DNA from: Nitrospirota bacterium
GTDB lineage: Bacteria > Nitrospirota > Nitrospiria > 2-01-FULL-66-17
NCBI GenBank assembly: GCA_049325335.1
Contig: JBMOMC010000011.1
Coordinates: 79,590-143,589, forward strand
Direction: 5' to 3'
DNA: 64,000 nucleotides
The position numbers and the translations under genes were made by a program. Below the pieces are notes generated by a model. The model did not search any database. It saw only the letters and a program-made list of their open reading frames with translations, and was not told where the DNA came from. Shown here piece after piece: positions 1 through 8,611 of the stretch; the stretch's first letter is position 1; every line of letters begins with the position of its first letter.

Positions 1-684
1 GCAGGCGTGGCTCACGAGATCCGCAACCCGTTGAGTGCGATCGATCTCAATCTGCATCTCTTACAGGAAGAGATCGGCGGCGAACCCATGAATACCGGGG
101 CGGTCCAAGGCTACTCGGACATCCTCAATGCCGAGGTCAGACGGATCAGAGGCATTTTGGATAACTTTCTGCGCTTTGCGCGGCCCACGTCGCTGGTGTT
201 GAGCGACGTCAGGCTGGATGGGATTGCGCGACATATCGGTGAGCTCGTCCGGTACGAAGCTCAAGAGCACGGCGTTGAAATTCTCATCGATTTCCCCGAC
301 GATCTCCCCGTTGTGTCGGGCGACGAGACTCAATTGGGCCAGGTGTTTCTCAACCTGATGATCAATGCGGTTCAGGCCATGCCACAGGGAGGGACGCTGC
401 GGATATCGGGCCTGCAGCGGATCGCCGACGTAAGAACCGTCGTGGAGATCTCGGTCCGCGACACGGGAATCGGTATCAACAAGGCCGACCTCACGAAAGT
501 CTTTGAGCCGTTCTTCAGCACCAAGGCGGACGGGAACGGTCTCGGGCTCGCCATCGCGTACCGTATCGTTGAAGATCATGGTGGAACCATTCGGGTGACC
601 AGTGAACCGGGGGCGGGAACCACGTTTGTATTGTCATTCCCAACCGTTCCCGCAGCAGATGAACAGACGATCCGGCAGACATGA
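1..684 (+). CDS. Sensor histidine kinase, C-terminal part (HisKA + HATPase); 5' end lies outside the window
   Basis: H-box AHEIRNPL, N-box QVFLNLMINAVQAM, G1 DTGIGI, F-box FEPFFSTK, G2 GNGLGLAI; frame open from base 1. Confidence 0.95.
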   Translation, partial: AGVAHEIRNPLSAIDLNLHLLQEEIGGEPMNTGAVQGYSDILNAEVRRIRGILDNFLRFARPTSLVLSDVRLDGIARHIGELVRYEAQEHGVEILIDFPDDLPVVSGDETQLGQVFLNLMINAVQAMPQGGTLRISGLQRIADVRTVVEISVRDTGIGINKADLTKVFEPFFSTKADGNGLGLAIAYRIVEDHGGTIRVTSEPGAGTTFVLSFPTVPAADEQTIRQT

Positions 685-2039
685 CGGACAAACCGCGAAT
701 CCTTGTGGTGGACGACGAGCCCAACATCCGCAGCGCGATCGTCACCATTCTCGACCGTTCAGGGTATGCCGTTGAGGGCGCGGCTGGCCCCAGCGAGGCG
801 GACCGCATCCTGAGCCAGGCGGACTGCCACGTGGTGCTGCTGGATTTACGCATGCCGGGGGCGAACGGGCTGGACTGCCTGCGCCGGTGGAAAGCTGAGC
901 ACCCGCACACCGAGATCATCGTCATTACCGCGTTTGGCTCCGTGGAAACCGCGGTCGAGGCCATGCGGCTGGGCGCCTACGATTACCTCTCAAAGCCGAT
1001 CGACCGAGACCGGCTCCCCATTGTGGTGAAAAAGGCGGTCGAACGCCATCTTTTGAGCACCGAGAACACTGTGCTCAAGGAACGGCTGGCGCGCCGGGAT
1101 GGTTACGGCCCCTTTATCGGCCACAGTTCCGCGATGCTCCGCGTGTTCGAACTGATCGATCTGGTGGCGCCCAGCGATGCCACCGTCTTGATCGTGGGGG
1201 AAAGCGGCGTGGGGAAGGAGCGGGTCGCACGCGCGATCTACGAACGGGGGCCGCGCGCCAACGGGCCGTTCATCGCGGTCAACTGCGGGGCGTTACCGGA
1301 GGCGCTTCAGGAAAGCGAACTCTTCGGGTATGAAAAGGGCGCGTTTACGGGTGCAACGACCACCAAACCAGGCCGCTTCGAACTCGCGCACGAGGGGGTC
1401 CTCTTTCTGGACGAAGTTGGGGAGATGAGCGCGAAGACCCAGGTCGACTTCCTCCGGGTGCTCGAGACGAGAGAATTCCGACGCGTCGGCGGGACCCGTC
1501 TCGTCAAGGTGGACGTACGGATCGTGGCGGCTACGAATCGCGACCTCAAGAAAGCCGTTGACGAGGGACGGTTTCGAGAAGACCTCTACTACCGGTTCAA
1601 TGTGGTACCGATTCGCGTCCCTCCGCTTCGTGAACGCCCCGACGATCTCCCGCTGTTGATTGAGGCATTCCTTGACGAATTCGCCGTCACGTACCGGCGC
1701 GAGCGTCAGGTGCTCGCGCCGGAAACGCTGGCGCGGTTCGTGGCCTATTCGTGGCCGGGAAACATTCGAGAACTCCGGAATCTCCTCGAACGTCTGGTCC
1801 TCACGAGTCGGGAAGCGGTGATCGGCCCCACGGACCTCCCGCCGGAGATGTTGAGCGAGGCTCCCGCACGGGCGCAGGGAAATCGGTTGGCGGGCAAGAC
1901 GCTTCGCGATCTTGAAAAGGACGCCATCATCGAGACGCTTCGCGACATCACGTCTCACCGGGAGAAGGCGGCGAAGATCCTCGGCATTAGTCCCCGCGCG
2001 CTCCAGTACAAGATCAAGGATTACGGGATCGACGTGTAA
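681..2039 (+). CDS. Sigma54-dependent response regulator, NtrC/AtoC family (REC-AAA-HTH)
   Basis: REC VVDDE...LLDLRMP; Walker A GESGVGKE; GAFTGA; FLDEVGEM; WPGNIREL; C-terminal Fis-type HTH; ATGA overlap with the kinase. Confidence 0.96.
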   Translation: MTDKPRILVVDDEPNIRSAIVTILDRSGYAVEGAAGPSEADRILSQADCHVVLLDLRMPGANGLDCLRRWKAEHPHTEIIVITAFGSVETAVEAMRLGAYDYLSKPIDRDRLPIVVKKAVERHLLSTENTVLKERLARRDGYGPFIGHSSAMLRVFELIDLVAPSDATVLIVGESGVGKERVARAIYERGPRANGPFIAVNCGALPEALQESELFGYEKGAFTGATTTKPGRFELAHEGVLFLDEVGEMSAKTQVDFLRVLETREFRRVGGTRLVKVDVRIVAATNRDLKKAVDEGRFREDLYYRFNVVPIRVPPLRERPDDLPLLIEAFLDEFAVTYRRERQVLAPETLARFVAYSWPGNIRELRNLLERLVLTSREAVIGPTDLPPEMLSEAPARAQGNRLAGKTLRDLEKDAIIETLRDITSHREKAAKILGISPRALQYKIKDYGIDV

Positions 2040-2091
2040 CGCAAGAGTCCCGGCATGGCTTCGGCTCCAGATTCCCTGCGCAAAATTTCGC

Positions 2092-2142
2092 TCGAATCTG
2101 CAATTCTTGCATCTCAATGGAGATGCCAAGTTTCAGATTCGA
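2092..2142. repeat. Imperfect 51-bp inverted repeat (possible enhancer dyad or terminator hairpin)
   Basis: TCGAATCTG...CTTGCATCTC-AATG-GAGATGCCAAG...CAGATTCGA, about 50-100 bp upstream of a sigma54 promoter. Confidence 0.55.
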
Positions 2143-2186
2143 TCGACTGATCTCTGTCGTGTCTGAGAACTGATCACGTTCCCGTA

Positions 2187-2204
2187 CTGGTACGGAATCT
2201 GCTA
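2187..2204 (+). promoter_or_regulatory. Sigma54 (-24/-12) promoter
   Basis: CTGGTACGGAATCTGCTA: GG at 2189-90, 10-nt spacer, GC at 2201-02; directly downstream of a sigma54 activator gene. Confidence 0.8.
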
Positions 2205-2228
2205 TGAGTAAAGTCGGCGGGACACACC

Positions 2229-2558
2229 ATGTCATTCCGTGGCGCAGAGATAGAGGGATTCCCAACGGAGCGCGAATTGCGAAGAGTCCAAGTCGTGTGC
2301 CAGCGATGCCATCGTCACGTGCATACGCTGTATGTGGTCCCTGATTTTGAGCGGGTCTGCGTCGAGTGCCGCCGTCAGTTGGCTCAGCAACGAAAGCGCG
2401 TTCGAGAGCAGAAAATGAAGAAAACCAAAGATGCTCTCCTCACGGTTGATGAGACCTCAGCCCCGCCATCCTCTGACGCCCCGATTGAAGCGATAGCCCC
2501 TGCCCCCCCACCGACGCGGGAGGATGAACAGTGGGATCCCAAAATGGGTATTGATTGA
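2229..2558 (+). CDS. Small hypothetical protein with CxxC...CxxC Zn-ribbon and basic helix
   Basis: CQRC-17aa-CVEC followed by a Lys/Arg-rich helix and Pro/acidic tail; preceded by sigma54 promoter, followed by hairpin. Confidence 0.65.
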   Translation: MSFRGAEIEGFPTERELRRVQVVCQRCHRHVHTLYVVPDFERVCVECRRQLAQQRKRVREQKMKKTKDALLTVDETSAPPSSDAPIEAIAPAPPPTREDEQWDPKMGID

Positions 2559-2629
2559 GCCGGGACAGGGTGGTGGGTAGTCGTCGAGCATTCGAACAGG
2601 TGTCCGTCGGTCGGATTCGGGTCAAACAT

Positions 2630-2667
2630 CCAGAGGGTGGGCGCACGGCCGCGCGCCCACCCTCTGG
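2630..2667. terminator. Hairpin between convergent genes, probable bidirectional terminator
   Basis: Perfect 15-bp stem CCAGAGGGTGGGCGC / GCGCCCACCCTCTGG with 8-nt loop. Confidence 0.7.
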
Positions 2668-2673
2668 CGTGTC

Positions 2674-3492
2674 CTACCGCAAATTGGTCTTGAAGAACGC
2701 CAGGGTTTTGTTCCACGCGTCGGTGGCCATCTCCGACTTGTAGTTGGGATTGCTGGGGTTGGCGAACGCGTGGTCCGCGTCGTAGTGGTGGATCTCGTGT
2801 TTGACCGGGGTGGCCTTGAGCGCGGTTTCGAAGTCTTTGACCATCGCCGGCGTGATCCATCCGTCGCGGTCCGCGAAAATTCCGAGTAACGGTCCCTTGA
2901 GTTTCTTTAAGACCGCGGGGTCTTTTTCCACCATCCCGTAGTACATCACCACGGCGTCAACCGGTTCGTTCAATCCCAATTGCAGGGAGTGCCCGCCGCC
3001 CATGCACCATCCCACCGAGCCAATCTTTTTGCCCTTGGAGAAGGACTGGGATCGAACCCACGCATAGGAGGCGGTCAGCATCTTGGTGGCTTTGGCCTGA
3101 TCCAACTCGTTCATGTATTTGCCCGCGGTCTGCGGGTCCGTGGCCAGTTTGCCTTCGTACAGATCGGGCGCAAAGACCGCGTACCCTTCTTTGGCGAGAA
3201 GGTCGGCTTGCTGTTTGATGTGGGTGTTGAGTCCCCACCACTCGTGCAGCATGATGACCGCGGGAAACGGGCCGGCCCCGTCTGGTTTGGACATATAGCC
3301 CGCGAGCTTCACGTCGCCGACCGTGGCGGAAACGGCCTGGCCCTTGAGGGCAGGGGCATCCGCGACGCGCAGCGGGTGGGGTTGCGTGCCGGCGTCATCG
3401 CCCATTCCGGCGAACACCGTGGCGGCGAGCAAACCGACCCCAGCGATTGTGGTGAGGGTTGACCAAACAGCGGGTGCAAGCGTCCGGCTCAT
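2674..3492 (-). CDS. Dienelactone hydrolase family protein with N-terminal signal peptide
   Basis: HEWWGL, nucleophile motif GWCMGG, DGWI, HAFAN; hydrophobic N-terminus ending VFA. Confidence 0.9.
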   Translation of the reverse strand: MSRTLAPAVWSTLTTIAGVGLLAATVFAGMGDDAGTQPHPLRVADAPALKGQAVSATVGDVKLAGYMSKPDGAGPFPAVIMLHEWWGLNTHIKQQADLLAKEGYAVFAPDLYEGKLATDPQTAGKYMNELDQAKATKMLTASYAWVRSQSFSKGKKIGSVGWCMGGGHSLQLGLNEPVDAVVMYYGMVEKDPAVLKKLKGPLLGIFADRDGWITPAMVKDFETALKATPVKHEIHHYDADHAFANPSNPNYKSEMATDAWNKTLAFFKTNLR

Positions 3493-3611
3493 GACTCCCT
3501 CCGCGTAACGGTCGAAGCGTGATCGCGTCGTGCGACGCGCGGAGCCTACCGCACGTCGGCGGTAAAACTCAAGAGGTCACGGCGGGGATCCACTCCTGAA
3601 AACGTTTTGAG

Positions 3612-3690
3612 CGTGGTTCGACAGGCTCACCACGAACGGACAATTTACCGGATCGTCAACGTCTCATTCCGTCGTCCTGAGCGTGTCGAA
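3612..3690. repeat. REP-like inverted repeat pair
   Basis: CGTGGTTCGACAGGCTCACCACGAACGG ... CCGTCGTCCTGAGCGTGTCGAA; second arm reverse-complements the first; intergenic. Confidence 0.7.
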
Positions 3691-3718
3691 AAACGTCTAC
3701 GGGGTTGGCCTCCACTAG

Positions 3719-4651
3719 CTAGGAGTGTGGCGTCTTGAGATCGCAATACAACGGTTTCGGTTCCGCCACGGTTTCGTATTCCACGGTGGCGTGGCTGATG
3801 CCGAATTGCTCCCGCAATTCGCGGCGCAGCGTACGCGTGAGTTGTTCGGTTCGGCTGACCGGCATATCGTCCACGACCACCCGGCAACTCAGCGCGGACA
3901 ACCCCGACCCCAGCGCCCAGATATGCAAATCGTTGATGTCGCGCACGCCGGACGCCGCGCGTAGTTGCGCGGCCACCGCGTCGGTGTCGATGTGCGTGGG
4001 TACGCCTTCCAGCAGGATCGTGACCGACTCCCGTAGAATCTTCCACGCTTCACCCGCGATGATGAGCGCGATCACCGCGCCCGAGGCCGCGTCCAGTGCA
4101 GTCCACCCGGTGACGCCGATGACCAGCCCCGAGCCGATCACGCCCAAGGAAATCAGTGCGTCGGCCACCATGTGAATGAACGCGCTTTTGACCGAGAGGT
4201 TCTCGGCGGCCGAACGGCGGAGCAATAAGGCGGTCCACAGATTGGCTGCGAACGCCAGGCCCGCAACCAGCGCCACGGTGCGCCCGTCCACCGGCTGGGG
4301 ATCCAGCAGCCGGTGCGCGGATTCCGTAACCAGCCACGCCGTCATGCCCAAAAACAGGGCGGCGTTGAGCAGGGCGGTCAGAATTTCAGCCCGGTGATAC
4401 CCGAATGTGCGGCGACCGTGCGAGGGTTTTGTCGCTTGATACACCGCGTACCACGAAATCACCAACACGGCGACGTCGGTGGCGTTGTGCGCGGCGTCGC
4501 TGAGCAGACCGAGGCTGTTGGCCATCAATCCGCCGACGACCTCGACCAGTACGATGGCGACGTTCAACGCGATCGCAAATCCCAATCGACGGCGGATGGC
4601 GGCGTCGGGGGTTCGGGCCTGCGGCGACGAGGTGACGGTCGGGTGGCTCAT
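3719..4651 (-). CDS. Cation diffusion facilitator (CzcD/ZitB-like Zn/Co/Cd efflux)
   Basis: SLGLLSDAAHNATD, TFGYHRAE, HMVAD, DLHIWAL, HATVEYE; six TM segments. Confidence 0.93.
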   Translation of the reverse strand: MSHPTVTSSPQARTPDAAIRRRLGFAIALNVAIVLVEVVGGLMANSLGLLSDAAHNATDVAVLVISWYAVYQATKPSHGRRTFGYHRAEILTALLNAALFLGMTAWLVTESAHRLLDPQPVDGRTVALVAGLAFAANLWTALLLRRSAAENLSVKSAFIHMVADALISLGVIGSGLVIGVTGWTALDAASGAVIALIIAGEAWKILRESVTILLEGVPTHIDTDAVAAQLRAASGVRDINDLHIWALGSGLSALSCRVVVDDMPVSRTEQLTRTLRRELREQFGISHATVEYETVAEPKPLYCDLKTPHS

Positions 4652-4661
4652 ACCCTGGGGA

Positions 4662-5333
4662 CTATCGAGTGGTTGATCGCGCGGATGGCTCGTCGGACTT
4701 CGGGAGACGGCGGTTGCGCGTCGGAAGCAGATACCATAGTCGGAGCGCCAGCAGCGCGGTCAGGATCACGGCGAAGACGAACGGCGCGCCGGTGTCGACT
4801 TTGACGGACAAGATGTAGTGCACGACCCCGAGGGCGGCGGCGGGGTACACAAGTTGGTGCACCTGTTGCCATCGGCGTTCGCCGAGCCGGAGCGCGGCCC
4901 ACCCGAACGATGTGGCGGCGGGCGGCGTCATCAACGCGAACGACAACAGGCCGACCGTCACGTGCGGACGCTTGATCACGTCGGCCGTGATGTCGGGGAT
5001 GGACAGCGCCTGATCCAGGCCCGCGTAGGCTGCGGTGTGCAGGCACGCGTAGAAAAACGAAAACAATCCGCACGCCCGCCGCCAGACCAACGCGCCCTCC
5101 CAACGCAGCAGCCGTCCCGCCGGCGCGAGCCCCAGCGTCAGCACCAGGAGGGCCAGCGCCCACCATCCGGTCGAGCGAATCACCCGGTTGATCGGGTTGG
5201 CGCCGAGCCCGCCGGTGAATGCGTCGATCAGGAGCCACAGCAGCGGCAGGCAACCGACCACGAACGGCAGGCGGTGCGTGATGCGGGGTGCGAATCGGGG
5301 AGCGGAAGCTGCGGCGTCCACGGACATTGCCAC
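4662..5333 (-). CDS. msrQ: Protein-methionine-sulfoxide reductase heme membrane subunit
   Basis: LGANPI, TGWWAL, RRACGLFSFFYACLH, WQQVHQLVY..HY; directly downstream of msrP. Confidence 0.9.
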   Translation of the reverse strand: MAMSVDAAASAPRFAPRITHRLPFVVGCLPLLWLLIDAFTGGLGANPINRVIRSTGWWALALLVLTLGLAPAGRLLRWEGALVWRRACGLFSFFYACLHTAAYAGLDQALSIPDITADVIKRPHVTVGLLSFALMTPPAATSFGWAALRLGERRWQQVHQLVYPAAALGVVHYILSVKVDTGAPFVFAVILTALLALRLWYLLPTRNRRLPKSDEPSARSTTR

Positions 5334-5334
5334 G

Positions 5335-6297
5335 CTAAAAGTTCACGGACAGATCCATCCCGGAGTACAGTCCCGCCACCTGGTCGGCGTACCCGTTAAA
5401 CGGGAGGGTCTTGCGTTTGAGGAAGTCGCCGATGCGTCGTTCGCGTTCCTGACTCCACCGCGGATGATCCACCGCCGGGTTGACGTTGGCGTAAAAACCG
5501 TATTCATCGGGGCTGTAGGCGGCCCAGGTGGTCGTCGGTTGGGTCGCGACCAACCGGATCGCGGTGATGGCCTTGATGCTTTTGAACCCGTATTTCCAGG
5601 GCACCACGAGCCGGATCGGCGCGCCGTTCTGGTTGGGCAAGATTTTTCCGTAGAGCCCGACCGCCAGAATCGTAAGGGGGTGCATGGCCTCGTCGAGTCG
5701 CAGGCCCTCGCGATACGGCCACTGGAGGACCGGTTTGCGTTGGCCGGGAAACCGTTTGGGGTCGTGGGGTGCGGTGAATTCGACGTAACGGGCTTTGGAC
5801 GTGGGTTGGATCCGTTGGAGCAGATCGCGCAACGGAAACCCGATCCACGGAATTACCATGGACCAGGCTTCCACGCAGCGCAAACGGTAGACGCGCTCTT
5901 CGAGGGTAAACGATTTGATGAGTTCATCAACGTCGTATACCCCCGGGGTGGTCACGTCGCCTTCAACGGCGACGGTCCACGGCCGCGCCTGGAAGTTTTT
6001 GGCCAACAGGGCCGGGGCTTCCTTGTCCGTGGAGAACTCGTAGTAGTTGTTGTACCCGGTGATGTCGTCGAACGACGTGGCCGGTTCATTCGTGCTGAGT
6101 GGACTCTTCGTCACGCGGCCGAACGCGCCTTCCGCGAGCGTGTTGTCCCCGTGCGCGTCCGACCAGCGTCCCAACGACAGCGCCGCGCCGAACCCGGCCG
6201 CGGTTTTGAGAAATCCGCGCCGTCCCATAAACGCGCGATACAATCGCTCGTCGGTGATCTCTGATGAGGGAATACCTCGGCTCCGTCCGATGAACAT
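5335..6297 (-). CDS. msrP: Protein-methionine-sulfoxide reductase molybdopterin catalytic subunit
   Basis: Tat motif [57 protein letters not shown]. Confidence 0.97.
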   Translation of the reverse strand: MFIGRSRGIPSSEITDERLYRAFMGRRGFLKTAAGFGAALSLGRWSDAHGDNTLAEGAFGRVTKSPLSTNEPATSFDDITGYNNYYEFSTDKEAPALLAKNFQARPWTVAVEGDVTTPGVYDVDELIKSFTLEERVYRLRCVEAWSMVIPWIGFPLRDLLQRIQPTSKARYVEFTAPHDPKRFPGQRKPVLQWPYREGLRLDEAMHPLTILAVGLYGKILPNQNGAPIRLVVPWKYGFKSIKAITAIRLVATQPTTTWAAYSPDEYGFYANVNPAVDHPRWSQERERRIGDFLKRKTLPFNGYADQVAGLYSGMDLSVNF

Positions 6298-6461
6298 GGC
6301 GCGCTCCTAGGCACTATTTCACGACCAAACCGACAAACAGTCAAGTGCTCCCCGAGGGGGGCCGTGACCTCCGGCAGGGTGACGTGAGCTCGGCTCCGCC
6401 GTATTCCGGTTGCCACGGCGTCGTGTTGAAATCCCGAGCGCGACTCTGCTAGAAGATTCCC

Positions 6462-7031
6462 GTGGAGGATGTCGACCGGGCGCTGGTCGAGCGCGTCAAG
6501 GAGGGAGATAGCTCGGCGTTCGAGCGTCTCTTTTCCCGACACGCGGAGCGCATCTTCCGATTCGCCTCGCGCATGTGCCGCCACGCGCAGGACGCGGAGG
6601 ACATCCTCCAAGAGACGTTCCTGGCCGCCTACCGCCACCTGAACACTTTCGGCGGCAAGGCCCGATTCACCACCTGGCTCTATACCATCGCGGCCAACTC
6701 CTGCCGGCGCACGCGCCGTCACGCGGGTGCGTCCACCACGATCAACGACACCGACGGCGCCGACGGGCACGTGCCGGTGGACGACTGGACGCGTCGTCCC
6801 GACGTGCAGGCCATACGCAAAGAAACACGGCGCGTGATCGAGGATGCGGTGGCGGCATTGCCCAAGGACCAGCGGCTGGTGCTGGTGCTGCGCGACATGG
6901 AGGGGCTGCCGGCCGAGGAGGTGGCCCGGATCACGGGCGCGAGCGTGCCCGCGGTCAAGTCGCGGTTGCACCGGGCGCGGCTGGCCGTGCGCAACGATCT
7001 GACGCGTCGGTTTCAGGAGCGGGGGCGATGA
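6462..7031 (+). CDS. ECF RNA polymerase sigma factor
   Basis: DAEDILQETFLAAY, FTTWLYTIAAN (region 2); LVLRDMEGL..EEVA..AVKSRLHRAR (region 4). Confidence 0.93.
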   Translation: MEDVDRALVERVKEGDSSAFERLFSRHAERIFRFASRMCRHAQDAEDILQETFLAAYRHLNTFGGKARFTTWLYTIAANSCRRTRRHAGASTTINDTDGADGHVPVDDWTRRPDVQAIRKETRRVIEDAVAALPKDQRLVLVLRDMEGLPAEEVARITGASVPAVKSRLHRARLAVRNDLTRRFQERGR

Positions 7032-7300
7032 GCCGTCCCGCGCCGCGTCATGTTCGTCCGTGTCTGCGACGGCTGGGGCGCTTGTCCGCCTATCTTGACC
7101 GCGAGTTGCCGGCCTCGGCCTGCGACCAAATCCGCAAACACATGGCCGGCTGCCCGGATTGCCGCATTGTCCTGAAAACACTGAAAAAAACTATTACTTT
7201 GTGCCGTCAGGCCCCGAAGCAACAACCCTCGCGCGCGGCGTTGACCCGGATCCTGTCCGCGATCAAACGGGAACTGGCCACGTCACGTCCGAAGGTCTGA
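7028..7300 (+). CDS. Zinc-finger anti-sigma factor (zf-HC2/ZAS)
   Basis: LSAYLDREL...HMAGCPDC (HxxxCxxC); ATG overlaps the sigma stop (ATGA). Confidence 0.88.
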   Translation: MSRPAPRHVRPCLRRLGRLSAYLDRELPASACDQIRKHMAGCPDCRIVLKTLKKTITLCRQAPKQQPSRAALTRILSAIKRELATSRPKV

Positions 7301-7367
7301 ATCCTTTTCCGCGTTCGTGACTCTACAGGGCAGAAGGTGCGGCGTTCTTACCCTGGGAGGACCGACG

Positions 7368-7571
7368 ATGAAATTGGACATGAATGCGTGGCTGCGGGCG
7401 ATTGCCGGGACCGTGGTGTTGGCGAGCGTGGGGCTGAGCGTGGCGCACGATCCGCGGTGGCTATGGCTGACCGCGTTCGTGGGGCTGAATCTGCTCCAGT
7501 CGTCGTTCAGCAACGGGTGTCCGATGATGACGATTTTGCGGAAAGCGGGAGTTAAAGAGGGCCGATGCTGA
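7368..7571 (+). CDS. DUF2892/YgaP-like small membrane protein
   Basis: Two TM helices, FVGLNLLQSSFSNGCPM motif; GGGAGG RBS. Confidence 0.85.
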   Translation: MKLDMNAWLRAIAGTVVLASVGLSVAHDPRWLWLTAFVGLNLLQSSFSNGCPMMTILRKAGVKEGRC

Positions 7572-8611
7572 TGAAACGTGTACTCATTGTCGCGGCGGTA
7601 TCGGCCGCGGCGATCATCGGATATCTGTGGTGGACGGGCGACCACGGCGCGGGACCCCAAGAGCGTGAGCGTCCCACGGTGTCGGGAGCGACGTTCGTGG
7701 CGGCGGTGGGCGATGCGCCCCGCGTGGTGGAGGCGACCGGCGTGGTGGTGTCCGCGCGCGAAGCGGTCCTGGCCGGCAAGGTCGTGGCCGCGGTGAACAC
7801 GCTCCGGGCCAGGGAGGGCTCGATCGTGGCCGCCGGCCAGGTGGTGGTCGAATTGGACGATCGGGAACTGGCCGCGGATTTGGAACGCGCCGAAGCGGAG
7901 CGTCGCAACGCCACCAGTCGGCTGGAGCGCCTGCGGTCGGTGGCCACCGAGGGCCTGGTCGCGCCCCAAACGCTTGAAGACGCGGAGCGCGCGCTGCGCG
8001 TGGCCGAAGCCTCGCGGACCGCGGCCGCGGCGGTGCTCGCTTCAGCCGTGATCCGGGCGCCGTTTCAGGGCGTGGTCACCGAACGGTACATCGAGGTCGG
8101 AGACATGGCGACGCCGGGCAAACCCCTCCTGAAGGTTGAAGGCAGCCGCGACCTGCGCCTTGAAGTGACCGTGGCCGGCGACGAAGCTGCCTTGATCCAG
8201 ACCAGTCAATCCGTTGAGGCGGTGATTGACGCATTGGGCGCCCAGCCGCTGGCCGGCACGGTGGCGGTGATCGTGCCGCGCGCCGAAGCCACGACGCAGT
8301 CCGTGACCGTGAAAGTGGACCTGCCGCCCACACCGGGCCTCAAAGGCGGACTGTACGGCCGCGCGCGTTTTACCGTGGGTCGGGAGCAGGCGCTCACCGT
8401 ACCCGCCGCGGCCGTGTCGTCCGTCGGGGCGCTGGATCGCATCTACGTGGTAGGCGCGGACAATGTGCTGCGAACGCGGCTCGTGCGCTTGGGCCGCCGA
8501 TTCAACGACCGCGTGGAAGTACGTGCCGGGTTGGAGCCAGGCGAACGGGTGCTCGCGGACGGCAGTCTCGGCGTGGACGGCGCCAGATTCCAGGACGCGG
8601 CAGGGCCATGA
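7565..8611 (+). CDS. RND efflux periplasmic adaptor (MFP)
   Basis: N-terminal anchor, lipoyl halves (REGSIVAAGQ; IRAPFQGVV), coiled coil, GLEPGERV. Confidence 0.92.
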   Translation: MLMKRVLIVAAVSAAAIIGYLWWTGDHGAGPQERERPTVSGATFVAAVGDAPRVVEATGVVVSAREAVLAGKVVAAVNTLRAREGSIVAAGQVVVELDDRELAADLERAEAERRNATSRLERLRSVATEGLVAPQTLEDAERALRVAEASRTAAAAVLASAVIRAPFQGVVTERYIEVGDMATPGKPLLKVEGSRDLRLEVTVAGDEAALIQTSQSVEAVIDALGAQPLAGTVAVIVPRAEATTQSVTVKVDLPPTPGLKGGLYGRARFTVGREQALTVPAAAVSSVGALDRIYVVGADNVLRTRLVRLGRRFNDRVEVRAGLEPGERVLADGSLGVDGARFQDAAGP

